NCBI GenBank assembly: GCA_002104945.1
Contig: MCFH01000003.1
Location: forward strand, 1,550,001 to 1,614,000
Direction: 5' to 3'
Length of the DNA: 64,000 nt
Source: Piromyces finnis finn
Taxonomy: Eukaryota; Fungi; Neocallimastigomycota
Shown here: positions 26,032 through 43,966 of the stretch, one piece after another
Layout: every line of letters begins with the position of its first letter
Position numbering within the stretch: the first letter of the stretch is position 1
The notes under the pieces: generated by a model
Database searches by the model: none
The model's input: the letters and a program-made list of their open reading frames with translations, nothing else
Told to the model about the DNA's origin: nothing
Made by a program: the position numbers and the translations under genes

Positions 26032-28717
26032 TAAAAATATGAATGTTTTACTAGGGAAAAAAAAAAGGACATATAATAAAAAATAAAAAAAAAAAAAAAA
26101 AACTTTTATTTTCTTACCTTTCTAGTCCAACGTCTTACTGCTCGATACCCAGTACTACTTAATGTACCATAGAAGAATGTATTAAAGAAGTATACGGGTG
26201 GGTATTCATTAGTGGTATTTTTTGATCTTTCCATAATAAGATTTCCATAAAAGTTTATTATCTATATGACATTAATATTAATATAATATATATATATATA
26301 TATTAACTTTCCTTTTTCATTTTTTATAATAATTTCACGTTATTCTATAGTTTGCTAATACATAAATACAATATTTACTTCATCATTTAACCACTCTCCG
26401 TTAATTAATGTTCGTATATCATGTCTCTTTATTGGTATATTAAATTCTTCTATTAGTACTTCATTTTCGCTTCCTGGACCTATTGCTTCTTCAATATCTT
26501 CATATGCTTCATCTGATAATTCAGGGAAGTTTTTATTTTCTTTTTGCTATAAGAAAATATAAAATAAATAAATATATATAAATATATATATTACAAATAA
26601 ATGTGTTATGTACAAATATGGATTTTTTTACTTTCTCTTTTATTTTTACCTTTAGAGCCTTTTTTCGTTACAGTTTAATAATAATAGTAATGATAATGAT
26701 ATAAAATAAAAATTATAGTTAAAAAAAAATTATCCCATATACTATTAAATTTATTAACTATATTACCTCTTCTTCAATTAACTTTCCGAATTTCAATAAT
26801 TCTTCATAATAGTCTTTTTTGGGTTCATTTAATTTTATTTGATCATTTCTATTGTAATATTAAAAATAGGATTCATTAATAAAACATTTCAACCAACAAA
26901 TATATATATATATATAATATATATAATACGACATTTATCATCCACAGATAAATGAAAAAAAAAAAAAAATACTAACAGTATTAATGAATCTTCAATCTTT
27001 TTTCTTATATTTTCAATCCATTGATCTTCTTGTCCAGTATTCTATTAGGTATTTGAAAAATATTTAATAAAAAAAAACTTTATATATTTTAAAAAACTAA
27101 TTTTTTTATATATACCTTTACATCTTTCTTGGTTTTTTCTTTTTCTTTTTTTATTAAATATAGAGTTATCATAATGAATAAAAAAGTAAATAACAATTTC
27201 AATACAATATAAAATAATTATTATATTCATCAATATATATTCAATATAATGTATATACCTTTTTTTGGTATTACAAATGTTGATGGCTTATATGCTTCTT
27301 TTGTATTTGATAATAAGTCTAAATAGAATTAATTATTCATTTAAAAATCATTCAATTATATTATACATATCTATATATTATAAAGATATTCCTTAATGAA
27401 ACCATTATTGTTTTGTTTTGCTTTAAAATATTTACCTTTATATTCTTTCTGACCTTTTTATTTTATATTTAATAATATATATATTATTGTAAATTTTAAT
27501 CATTTTAATTTGAATAATAATTGTTTTTAGATTTATAATTATAAAAATGATTAAAAAGAAAAATAGTAATTTACCAATAGAAATGTGACTTTGTTTTTTA
27601 TTTAAATATTTTGAAGCTACAGTTTTATACGCATCATGAGATGATTTTTGATCCTAAATTTTTATTTTTTTTTTTTTTTGTGAAATTCAAATTTTTTTTT
27701 AAAAAAAAAAAGAAATAGAAATTAAATTTTTAATTATTCATAAATATTTTTTTAAATATCATTATTATTAATTGTTTTTAAATAGAAATTTACATATTTC
27801 AAGTTAACATCTGAAAAATATTTTGATAATTGTTTATTTGAATTTTTAAAGTATAAATTGGATAAAGAATTAAATTTTCTGGGTTGTTTGGATTGATAAT
27901 AAGATTCTGATAGTAATACTCTATTTGGGGATATCACTTCTGTATTTGAAGTAACAACTGAACTATCTATGTCTGTAATTTTATTTTCTTCGATTTTATT
28001 ATTTTTATTCAAATCATTTTCATCATCACTATCAATGGAATTTGACTTGGATCTCCAGAAATGAAAACTGCTTTTTATTGTTTTATTAATCTGTTCCCTT
28101 TCATTATTTATAAATTCGTTTGATTTTGTATTATTTATATATGTTTCTTCATCATAATTTTCTGAAATTCCAATATCTGGTGGAAGGATTTTTTCATACT
28201 CTGAAGGATTGGTAATGTCACTTTTACTAGTTGAAGGATTATTTACATTATTATCATTATTATTTCCAAAAGATATAAATGATTTACTTGTATCAAGTAG
28301 ATTTAAAAATGTTCGTTTTATTTTTTCAGTTTTTGTCTCTGAATTTCTAATTTGTAAATTATCATTAATGGAATTCTCTACGGTCTTTAGCACCTCTAAA
28401 AATTCATTATTATTATTCATACTCTTTTTATTCTCATGGGAGTAAAAAGAAAATATAGTATTTGCATCTTGTGGAGTGATATTTTTATTTTTTATTTTCT
28501 CAATTTCTATTTCTTTTTCCATCTTTTTTTGAATGTCAAGATTTTTATCCTTAATCAATTTTGTTCTATTTTTATTTGAAAATTTATATATTTGTAATTT
28601 TCCAAATAATTTTCCAAAGAATGAAGTAGTTTTTTTAATTGATTTTGATTTTCCATTTATCTCTATTTTTCTAATATTATTTTTATTTCTGGTTTTTGTG
28701 TATGTTTTACTGTTCAT
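25089..28717 (-). CDS. ULP1: Ulp1/SENP-type SUMO protease (peptidase C48), ~655 aa, 14 exons
   Basis: Exons (minus) 28717-27794, 27653-27575, 27453-27436, 27318-27259, 27144-27116, 27041-26977, 26848-26767, 26658-26650 (optional), 26546-26379, 26261-26118, 25879-25742, 25582-25496, 25382-25323, 25193-25089. Catalytic motifs [38 protein letters not shown] all present. Confidence 0.93.
25914..26031. repeat. (TA)n plus (TAT)n microsatellite in an Ulp1 intron
   Basis: Direct reading. Confidence 0.9.
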
Positions 28718-30662
28718 ATTATTTCTTTCTTTTCTAAAATGATTAACATTAATAATAAAATTAAAAGTTGTAAAAATATTTTTTATCCTATTCCATCCGT
28801 TCAGTGTACAATACTATAAAAAAAAATATATATATATATATTATTATTATATAAAATGTATTAAAATATTTATATTAATTTAAAAAATTTAATATAAAGT
28901 ATAAATTTAAAATGAATATCTTTTTTATATATTTTCAATAATTTTAAAAATAAAATTTGGTTAATATCATTCAACTTTTTAAAGGCAAAAGGTAATGCTA
29001 TGAGGACTCTAATACCCAAAAATATTTAAGGTATTGTTAACAAAGTATTAAATAGTATAATAATAACAAAAAACTATAACTATTATTTTTAAAATGTAAT
29101 TTTATTTTTCGGTAAAGGATACTCTTATTTTTTTTAAAATAAAAATTAAAAATTTTTACAGTTTCTTTTTTTATATTAATTAAAGTTTTTCAAATTGTGA
29201 TTATCATCACATTTTATCACATGATGTATTGATTTAATGTTATTTCAGTATTAATTTATGAATTTAAGAATAAAAAAGTTTTTGTCCAATTTTATTATTA
29301 AAATTAATAATTATTAAAAATGTATGATCCATCAAAATAGGTTACACTAAGCTTACTCTAACCTTTGAATAAAAAGTTAAAGGTTTTAAAAGTTGTAAAA
29401 GCTTGGCTTTTTTTTTTTTTTCTATTTTAATATTAATTATACTATCAATAGTTAATAATAAAGTTAATAGTAATGATAATAATAATAGCTATTGTTATTA
29501 TTAATTCTTTTTATATATACCTCTATATGTATAACATTTTGTATATCATTTTGTATATATATTTTTATATTATTACTTTATATATATCATTTTATATTAT
29601 AACTCTATATATATATATTTTTTAGGTTGTTTATGCAAAAATATGAATAATCCCATTTTTTTAATTGATCTTTATTAAAATATTTCTTTTTTATATGCTT
29701 ATTAAAGAATTTTTTTTATTAATTAATTAATACGAAATATATGTAAAAACTTTAAATACCTTAAAATTGATATAAAAATTATTAACCATTCTTTTATGGA
29801 ATATAAGAAAAAAGACTATAAAATTTCTAAATAGCCTTCAATTTTGGCATTAATGTTAGTGTATGAAAAAGAAATTATATAAAATACTTGGAAATACTAA
29901 AAAAAAAAATTATTTTATAATTAAAATATACATATAGTATTCTTATTATAAATAATAACTCTTCATTCCATAAATAATTCTATTATTAAATTAATCCACA
30001 TCTCATTCATCTTTTTTTTTTTTCGATACTCTCTCTAGTAATAATAGTTAATAATTGTTGGCTTTATCATTATTATTACGCTTTTCTTCTCAATTTTTCT
30101 CAGCAAGCAAAAATCTTCTTATGAAATGAATATTTTATAATTATATTGAATAATATATTATCGCTTAAATTATCCAATCATATGAAATTTAATTTTTTAA
30201 AAACTATCGTATATCAATTTAATATAAAAAGAAGAATTAACCAACATTTTCTTGTTACCATACAAAGTTTTATGGGTAAGAAAGTCGTTAAAGCAGAAGA
30301 AGACATTGAAAATAATTTACTTTTAGTTTACCATTTATATGAACATTACTATAGACTTACTTTTTATTATTATTTATACACTGTATATAAAGAAATAATT
30401 AGATTTTTTTTTATCAATATATATAAAATTATATATTTATTTATTTTTAATCCCATTCATATTCAATTTTTTTTTTATTTTTTTTTATCATTGTTGAAGG
30501 AAGAAAAGTCTCCTTTTTGATATTAAAAATTTTTAATATATTATGAATATACTATAATATATTTACATAATCCTTTTCAATTTAAAATTTTAATTAATCA
30601 AACTTTTTTAAAAGATAAACTAAATTTCTAATTTTTTTTTTGTACCTGCTAAAATTAACCTT

Positions 30663-30702
<40 letters not shown>

Positions 30703-31061
30703 ATTAAAGGAATCATTGTTAGTATTATAAAATAATGCCATAAGATTGTGTGCTTTCATCATATTTAAATGATATATTTTATTATTAAATATATTTAGAA
30801 AGTTATATAATTTATATAACACTTTTTTTTATTTACAAAAAAAAAAAAAAATCAATATTAAGAAACTTTTCATTAAAAGATAATTAAAAGCTATTTCAAA
30901 ATAATTCAAAATCATTAAACTATATATTTTAAATAATTTCAAAAAGAAGAATATACTAATTTGATATATACAATACAATAATCTTTATAAGAAGATTGTA
31001 AAAAGATTTTCATACGAATATAATTTTAATTAAAAAAAAAAAAGAGTTTTAATTTTAAGAA

Positions 31062-34304
<3,243 letters not shown>

Positions 34305-34492
34305 TGAAAGAAAGAGATATAAGTACGCTTTAAAAATTAATATTTCCCCGAACAGGATAAAAGGAAAAATCTATTTCAATACAAACTAAATCGTTATAAA
34401 TGTATTAGTAATGCAACAATTTTTTTAATTGATACAAAAAGGTGTTAATATCGTTTTTCCTTTTAATAAAACCTTATTACTTTTACCAATAC

Positions 34493-34534
<42 letters not shown>

Positions 34535-35449
34535 CTTTTAAAAATTCTATGGGTTTGAATTATGATTTAGTATAAATCCTAGATTTTTGAAGGATTTAGC
34601 CAGAATTTATATTTAGACAACAATTATTTATATAAAAGGTAAAACAAACAAACAAAACAAAGTTAAATTTATTTTAAAATTTTAATTTTTATTAGAAAGT
34701 AAAAACAAAAATCAGTTTTATGGGATAACCATTAATATTAATATTTAAATTTTATATATAATAAAAAATAAGTTTATTGTTTAGTATAGAAAAATATTTT
34801 TTTTATATTTATTTAAAAAAATGAATAAAATAAATTATTATTTTTATAGAAAATGAAATAATTTATAGAAATGTTTATCTTAGAGTTTTTTTTTAGTAAT
34901 AATAATAACAATAAAAATAGGTATAACACCAATATATCATATCATAATAAATTTATTATTATTATTATTATTTTTTTAATCTATTAATTTATTAAAAGAA
35001 TTTTTTTTTTTTAAAAAAAAAACAACATATATACCATTATTTTAATGATTAATACCTATAACATATAAAGAAATAAATAAAATACTAATTATAATAATAA
35101 TAACAATAAAATAAAAAACAAAAAACTTTTTTTTTTTTTTTTTTAATTTCATAGCTTTTTATAATTTTTATTTTATTTTGATGTAATCCTATCTTTGTTA
35201 CTATCCTTGTTACTTGAAACAAATGATTTATTTTATTTTATAAAATAATATATTGTTACACCACTGTTATTCAAAATACAACAATCAGCAGGTTTAAGAT
35301 TATTATATATAAAGATCTTTAAATACTATTTAACTGATTTATTTATTAATATTTTTTTTAAATGGTAAAAGATAATATAATAGATTATTATATATATATT
35401 TTATATATATTTTTAGGAATACAATAAAATAAAAAAAAAAAAAAAAAGA

Positions 35450-38400
35450 TTATTCGTATAGGAAAGACAAAAATTCATCACAATAATCAAAATCAATAAG
35501 GTTAGAAATATCCTCTATATATTTATTTTCATTTTTCTTTTCATGTAGTTGTTTACTTGAATCTTCGTCTTCATTACTAAATTCTGTTTGAGAAACTTGC
35601 AATTTTTTATAACGATTAAGATTTTTGATTCTATTCCGTCTTTTACGTTCTTCTTTTTCTTCTCGAGCTTTCGTTTCTTCACGAATATCTTTCCATATTT
35701 TACTAACCAATGTTTTATGTGTTTCATTTTGAAATTTACTATTATATATATATATATATATAAAGAAGTATATAATGGATTATATTAATAAAGGTATATT
35801 ATTATTATTATTATTATTATCATTTTATATTTTTTTTAATATTATCAGCTTACTCTGTACAGAGTTTACTATCAAAATAGAAGGAAATTTGAGCATCTTC
35901 ATTTTGAACCATATTTCTTGAAGCATATGTATTTATATTATTCAATAGTTGAATATTTGCATCCATTGCTATATCTTCCAATGAATCTAATGTTGGTTTA
36001 AACATCTCATATTCAATATTTTTATCAATTTTTACATTCCAATAACAAACATTATTTCTTGTATATTGATTAGGATTCTATATCATTATTATTTTAATTT
36101 ATTTTTTTTAATAAAATGATAGGTTTAAAGTTTTTAATATGTATTTATATGTTTTATTGAAGCTTTACAAATATTTCCAGTGGTATAAAACTTGATTTAA
36201 TTAATTTCGAAGGTAATTCTGGTATATAATATTTTTTCGTTCTTTTGATAATTTTTATTTCTTCAAAATAATAAATAATGAATGAAGATATATAATCGAT
36301 TTTAAATAAAAAAATAAATTTTTAACTTTTTTTTTGTCCTACAGAAATTATATATACAGAACATCTATGTAAATTTATGCCTATATTTACCTTCTGTTTT
36401 ATCTACTATATCTTGATTAACATTTGTAAATAAGTATTCTGATATTGATATATCAGGTTGAGGTTGATAATTTAATAATTGATATTCCAAAGGTTCCTTT
36501 TTTTTTTTTTTGTTAAAAATTATACCAAAGATAAAAAAATAAAAAAAAAAATTATATATGATCATGATTAGTAATTTAGATAGAATGTTTATATATTAAA
36601 GATATAATTACTTGGAATGGTATTGGATTCCATATAGATATATGGTTAATTTCAATTGGTTTAATTGTATATGGTTTTCTAAATGGATGCGTTTCCTTTT
36701 TATATATGTATAATTAATATTTAGAAATTTATATTTCATAAAGTAATTAAATATTATTATTTTGAGAAACAATTTTTTCAATTTATTAATGATAACGTGC
36801 TTACATCAAATATAATAGACTGTGGAAGAAACAATTTTATATTCTCATCATGTTTATTTAGTTTATCGATATACTCTTTTTTTTGTTCATTCTTTTTTTT
36901 TTAATTAATAAAATTAAAATTAAAAATATTTAATAAAAAAATTACTAGAAAAGATATATATATTATGTATATAATTAAAATTACTATCGGTTCAGTCAAA
37001 GAATCAGTAATAGATGATTTTTGTTTAAGCATTTTTTTTCTATCTAATTTTTTTTTTTTACATAAAATTTAAAAAATTTATATATTATTAACACATATTT
37101 TTTTTTCATAATATAATATTTAATTAATATGGTAGACATACGTTTCTCTAATTTTTTATTTTTGCTATTATTATTACTATTGCTTTCTCTCCATTCTCTA
37201 AAATGGTTTAATAATCTTCTTGCTCTTATTTGATATATATTTTTATAATGAAGTCGTAAAAATTTCTTTACAATTCTCTCCTGTTATAAATATTATTATA
37301 ATTGAAATATATTGTAATATATTAATATATCTCGAAAAACTTTTAATTTTTTTTTTTTTAATATACACTATGTTTTTTTTTATATCAATTTTTGTACCTT
37401 TGACTCCCAATCTTTTTTATAATTATTATTTTCAAAGAAATAATAATTTTTAATATCATGCCCTATTAAAATATTTTGTGATTGTTTAATAGTTTCATAA
37501 TTCATTTCTGGTTTCTTTTTTTTTTTTTAATTATCATAAATATATTTTATAAAATTAATAAAGGAATGTAAAACCTTCTATATATGTATAATAAATCTAT
37601 TACAATTTTTAATATATCTGGAATGACAATTTTATTTGTTGAAGAATCCTCATTATTTACTATAAATATTAGAATAAAACAAGACATAATGTTAATGAAA
37701 AGCTGTTTTTTGTATTTAATTTATAAATTGAAATTTAAAAACTGTAAAATAGAAATATTGTTGTTTATGATAATAATACCATCTTCTGAAATATCTTCTC
37801 CAACACAAACGAATCGATGCATTTCTTTATATTTTTCATATTCTTTCTATAATAATTAAAGCAGTTAATTATATTTTTATGTTAATTATAAAAAAGAAAA
37901 GTGTATATTTCTGTATATAAACATACTCTTTTTTTAAAATTTGCAATAAACATATCTGCTTCATATTGATCATCTTTTTTTTTTTTTAATGTAGAATTTA
38001 TATAGATATATAATAATTTGAATATAATATATTTAATAATAATTTTTGGTCAATAATCATTTTTTCCATTTTAATTTTTTTTTTAAAATTAAAGCTAGTA
38101 AATTATTTTGTTCTTTTTTTTTATTTATTACCATCACTTATTTCATCTTTTTGTTGATCCATATTTTTTTGTGATCTTTCTGATTTTAATGGGGTATTAG
38201 TAGGTGGATTTTCATTATAATCTATTATTTCTACTTTTTCTGTTTCTTCATTATTTACATCAAAGGATAGATTAGACATTATTTCGTTATTTTCATTATT
38301 TAAAGATGATTTTCTTTTTATAAGATTATTTTTATTTTCATCTTCCTCAACGTTTTCTATATTATCACTATGATTATATTTATCATTTATATCTATAGTA

Positions 38401-40473
38401 TATTCATTATTATCTAAATTTATATTTTCATCCTCATCGTCAACATCATCGCCATATCTTTTTTTCTTTTTTCCATATACTTGTTTTATTAAATCGTTTG
38501 TTTTTTGTCTATTTGTATTTAATATTTTTTATAGGATTGCAATAATATAAATAATAATAATATTTTTTTTGAAGTTTTTCAAAAAAAAAAAAGTTTATAA
38601 ATAATTAAATAATTAATATGAAAAAAAATAAAAGTGTTTATTAGAATAATTATATATTTTAATTATAATAAATTGAAAGTATAATAATCATTTTAAATAA
38701 AATTTGTCAATTTTACAATAATATATTAGGATGACATGAACCAAAGACTTTAACTGTATAAGGTTTAAAATTAAATTGTGATATATTTATTTGAAATGTT
38801 AAATGTGAACTTTGATGGGAACAAGGTTTATATTCAATAACAATATCTAGAGATCCTAATGCAGGAATGATTCCTATTTTATTATTATTTTTTTTTTTTT
38901 TAAAAAAAAATATGCAAAAAAAAAAAAAAAAAAAAAAAAATGAACAATATAGGTATAATACATATATATAATCAATTTAATTTATTAGATCAAAAAAATT
39001 TAACAAATCAAATATGTCAAGTTAGAAATGTTAGTCATTATGTTATTAATTGTATTCTTTTTTAGTTTATTTTATTAATAACAGTAATACCATAATATAG
39101 TGATTTTACCTTTTAATGGATATATATTATAAAATGGATTTGGTTCTGTTATATCTATTTTAAATTCAAAATCAATAGGAACATTGCATTTAATGGGTAT
39201 AGTTTTGGTTTTTCTAAAGGTCCATGGATTTAATATAATCATTAGTATATATAAATATTATGTGGTAATTATTTCAAAAAAAAAAAAAAACTATAAAATA
39301 TCTACGTGTAAGTTAAAGGAACATCCCCAAAATTGATCCGCTTTTTAATAAAATAGGATAAATATTAGAAGATGAATGTTTTTATTTTTAGTATGTCAAT
39401 TTTAATTTTTTCTTTTTTAATTATGTTATGTATAATAGTACTTTTGGAAATTCAATATCAGTTAATACTGGGTATCTATTTTAATTATAAGTATTTATTA
39501 TTTTTTTTTTTTTAAAAAAAAAAAAAACAATGAATATACACATTATATTATGTATTTTATATATTATTGAAATAATTTTTTCCATTATATATTATTATTA
39601 TTTTTGCTATATACCCATGAATAGGTACAACAACATTTATATCGGGTCCAATAATTTTAATTGTATCATAATAATATTTCCATTGAGTTGGGGTAAAGGA
39701 TATAAGAACCTCTTCACTCATCTGAGGGATAATATATCCCTTTTTTTTTATTATTGGTAAAATATTAAATAGAAATATATTATATTAGTACATTAAAATA
39801 AAAATTCAATATCTTTTTTTTTCTTCATACGATTCTTCCTTAATAATAATTAAAATTTACTCTTTTTTTATGTTCAATAGAAAAATTTGAAGTTTCTGGT
39901 GGTACAACATTGATTCTTATTTTTTTTGGACCTTTATTAACAATCCTAATTATCAGATATATTGTTAATAATATTAAATAATAATTGATAAAGAATATGT
40001 GTTAATAAATGTTATAAAAAAAGAACATATTTTATTATTATTATTATTTTTTTCTTCATATTATTTCGTTGTATATCCTTTAGCATTTATCTTTTTTTTC
40101 TTTATCTTTTTGATGATTAAATTTTAATGTGATATACATATTAACCTTATAAATTGCTTTTGTGTAGTATTTATATTAAATCCTGAAAAATGTATAATAG
40201 AAGGTATGCATTCTATTTTATCAGAGTAGTATAAGAAATCATCTATAATATTTATAGAAATTATGATATTTATTAGATGGTTTAATATATAATTTTTAAT
40301 ATTATAGTTAATAAATATTGAAAAAAAGGTGAAATACTTGTAATATCCTTAGAATTGCTAATAGTTGTTTTAATAAAATCGATATTTTTTGAATTTTGAA
40401 AAAAATCACCATTAAACTTAATATCATTATTGCTCGAATCAATAGTGATTTCACTATTTAAATCACTTATCAT
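35450..40473 (-). CDS. CFAP221: Cilia- and flagella-associated protein 221 (PCDP1, central-pair C1d), about 20 exons
   Basis: 5' exons (40473-40338, 40242-40146, 39945-39861, 39739-39615, 39475-39442, 39340-39306, 39213-39110, 38873-38717) splice to ECIPSIIHFSGF...RINVVPPETSNF...FTPTQWKYYYDTIKI...VPIHGYPV...IKCNVPIDFEF...GIIPA...ISQFNFKPY, matching the CFAP221 N-terminal ASH/PapD-like domains as I recall them. 3' exons traced in frame to 35738-35450. A few middle exons (37370-38500) and the exact start are not fully resolved. Confidence 0.87.
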
Positions 40474-41828
40474 TTTTCTTTTTTTACAGTATCTATAATA
40501 AAAATGTATTTGTATATATTTGTTTTAACAAAATAAATGGTATACAAAATGAATCATCTAGTATAGTAGTATAGTATATCCAAAAATTATGACCTTTAAT
40601 AAAATATCAATATTTCATTAATATAATAATAATCTTTTAAAAATCTTTAACCAAAATTGTATATTGTGCTTTTTTTTTTTTTTTATAATTTATACAATAT
40701 AAAAAATATACAAATATATATATATGTGAATATAATTATTTATATCTTTTATATAAAATGTACAATTATTTTAATAGTATTTTTTAGTATTATTATTTTT
40801 AAATATTAAAACAATTATTTAATAAAAAAAGTTTATAGAAAGAAAAAAGTATAAATGGGTGTGAATGCTATCCTTAATTGTTTCAAATAATTAATGATAA
40901 ACTTTATTTGGTAGTAATCCAAGGTTTAATAGGAAAAATAAATATAATTCTAAACCATTTTTTTTTTTTTACAAATATTTTTTATACATGAATTAATAGA
41001 GTATATGTCCCATCATGGTTTTAAAACTCAGATGAAAGATAATAATAAAATTCTTGAGTTACTTAAAAAAAATTAATAATGTAGGACAAAAGTAACCAAG
41101 AAAGAAAAGAAAAAAAAAAAAAGTCTAAAAAATTCATTTTTAATAGAATTACTATATAATTTCAATCATCGTTATTATTATCATTTTATCATTGTTCTTA
41201 TTATTATCATTGTTATTATTACTATTCCTATGGATTATTTATAATGTAAATATATATTATGTTAAAAATATTAATCTGCCTAAAGTGTTGCCTGCTTTAT
41301 TTTTCTTTACCTATTACTAAACCACCAATACAATTTTATTTTATTTTATTAAAAAAAAAATTTTTTTTTTTTGTAAACTTTATATAATTTTATTAAATTT
41401 GAAATTTCAAAATTTAAAGATTGAAGATACTCAAATTTATACTTTTATCTATAATAGAATTTCATTTTTAAACTATAATATATATTTAAAAAAAATTGAA
41501 ATATTGAAAAGTGTTAAGAATATATTAATAATAAACAGTAAATAAAATCATTATAATAATAATAATAATAAAAAAGAACTTCAAAATGATTTCATCTTCA
41601 TAATTATAAAAAAAATTTACAAAAATTTCATTATAAAATCATATCATAAATTTTTGTTTTAATTCAAAGCAAATCATTATTCATTCAATTTAATATCTTA
41701 TACCTCATATTTATTAGAAAATCCGTTATATTAATATATATCTTTTTACTCATTCAACAAAAAAGAAAAAAAAAATAAACCCTTTTTAATAATTTTTAAT
41801 TAATATACCTATACATATTATTTCTAAT

Positions 41829-43966
41829 ATGTTAAGAGCTATTCTCTCAAATAGGCTTTCATCAAACAATGAAGCCAAAGAAAATCGTACACTTCATAAA
41901 ACTCCAAGTAAAAAAGCATTAAATAAGACAAGTAATTATTATTAATAACAATATATATTTTTATTATTTTTAAATATAATCCTATTTATATATTTTAATA
42001 GAAATTTTCAATTTTGAATTTTTCTTGTAATCTACCTTTACACTAATAAATATATTTATTAAATATATTGTTTTGAAAACTTTTTTTCTTGTTTGTTTAT
42101 ATATCTTTATATATATATTAATATTATACATATTCTATTATTTTATCAAGTTGGTAGTAATAAAACTGGAAAAAAATTAAACAAGTTACAAGCTTATAAT
42201 TCAGACTTTAATGCTTTAAACATTATTAATGATGAAAAAGATTTAATTAAGCAAAATAGTTTAAAAACACCCTTAAAAATTAATAAGCAACGAGCACCAT
42301 TATCAAACATTGAAAAAGCAAATGTTAAAGAAAAATCTATTAAAAATTTAAATAATCAATTAAGAAAGACATCTCATTCTGCTAAAAAGAAATCTTGTCA
42401 AATTTTAACAACCCCTTCTTCTCAAAAAATCAGTAAAATAAATAATGAAAACAACAATGAAAATGTAAACTTACATGGACTTAAACGTCAAAATTCACTT
42501 AATCATTTAACACTTACACCAACTCTTCCTAATACATTAAAGAAAAGTCATAGTTTTGATATTAAAAGCCAAAATGCTTCGGAATTAAAAGAAAATATAT
42601 TTATTACACATATGAAAAAAAATATTTTAGAAGATAATAAAAATTCAACAGATGATGATATTGAATATATGCCACCTTCATTATCTCACTTGGGTAATTT
42701 ATCACTTTTATATATTTTACCTTTTTTTTTTATATTACTATTTCAAAATAAATTTTCAAATTAATTAAATAAATATTTTATTTTTTTTTTTCTAATAAAT
42801 AGAAGAAAAGGTAGAACCAAAATATAAAATTGATTATAAAGATTTATTAAAGTTTAGACCAGCTACCCTAGTAGATTCTGATATTTTTAAACGTGTTAAT
42901 GAAGAAATTGATATTAATTTAGATCCAGAAACAAATTTATTAAAAACAAAGAGTACGTTTTTTTCTATTATATACTGTATAGTAAAAAAAAAAAAAAGAG
43001 TATCATTAACAATAATATATTATTTTTTATAATACTATTATTATTACTATTACTATTACTATTACTATTACTATTACTATTACTATTACTATTACTATTA
43101 CTATTACTATTACTATTACTATTACTATTACTATTACTATTACTATTACTATTACTATTACTATTACTATTACTATTACTATTACTATTACTATTACTAT
43201 TACTATTACTATTACTATTACTATTACTATTACTATTACTATTACTATTACTATTACTATTACTATTACTATTACTATTACTATTACTATTACTATTACT
43301 ATTACTATTACTATTACTATTACTATTACTATTACTATTACTATTACTATTACTATTACTATTACTATTACTATTACTATTACTATTACTATTACTATTA
43401 CTATTACTATTACTATTACTATTACTATTACTATTACTATTACTATTACTATTACTATTACTATTACTATTACTATTACTATTACTATTACTATTACTAT
43501 TACTATTACTATTACTATTACTATTACTATTACTATTATTATTATTATTATTATTATTTTCCTTTTTTTTTTTATAAATAAAAGATTTTGAATTCGTAGA
43601 TGATTTTGTAATTGATTTTAATTCTATCGATAAAGAATCCAAGGATAAAACTATCAATTCCGAAAAAAAGGATACCGATAGTAAAGATCTTAAGAAAAAA
43701 GATAAAAAAGAAGTAAATAAAAATCTTCAAGAGAAATTATCTCAAGATTTTAATTTAAGTTTTGAAGAAGCATCAGATGGTTAGTTAGATTTATTATAAA
43801 TCTATTTCGTTATATATAATTTTTTTTTTTATTGTTATTCTAATATCCATCATTTTAATTCTATTTATTTTCATTTTATTTAATATTAGAGGAAGAAATT
43901 AAATTACCTGATTTTCTTACTACTGATGATAAAGATGCCTTATATTTTGATGAAATTAATCTTTAA
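41829..43966 (+). CDS. Probable securin (Cut2/Pds1-like separase inhibitor), ~355 aa, 5 exons
   Basis: Exons 41829-41931, 42151-42693, 42803-42952, 43585-43779, 43890-43966 (1068 nt). N-terminal KEN box, D-box RAPLSNIEKAN, DIEYMPP motif; basic N-half and acidic C-half. Confidence 0.75.
43045..43536. repeat. (TACTAT)~82 hexanucleotide microsatellite in securin intron 3
   Basis: Apparently perfect 492-bp array; explains the poly-NS ORF at 42968-43657. Confidence 0.95.

Noticed and set aside
29349-29404. Imperfect hairpin aagctt...aaccttt-loop-aaaggtt...aagctt
   Set aside because: Short and AT-rich, with no target-site duplication; expected by chance, so not called a MITE.
30146-30520. 124-aa ORF upstream of GSH1, with an internal ATGG|gtaag
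   Set aside because: Non-ATG start and intergenic-like composition. GSH1 already has its conserved MGLLSLG start at 31062. At most a uORF or 5' UTR intron.
34573-34598. 8-bp perfect stem taaatcct/aggattta between convergent GSH1 and CFAP221
   Set aside because: Too short and AT-rich to be significant; bacterial-type terminators do not apply to a fungal nuclear genome.
42968-43657. Poly-NS ORF on the minus strand
   Set aside because: Antisense reading of the (TACTAT)n intronic array in the securin gene.
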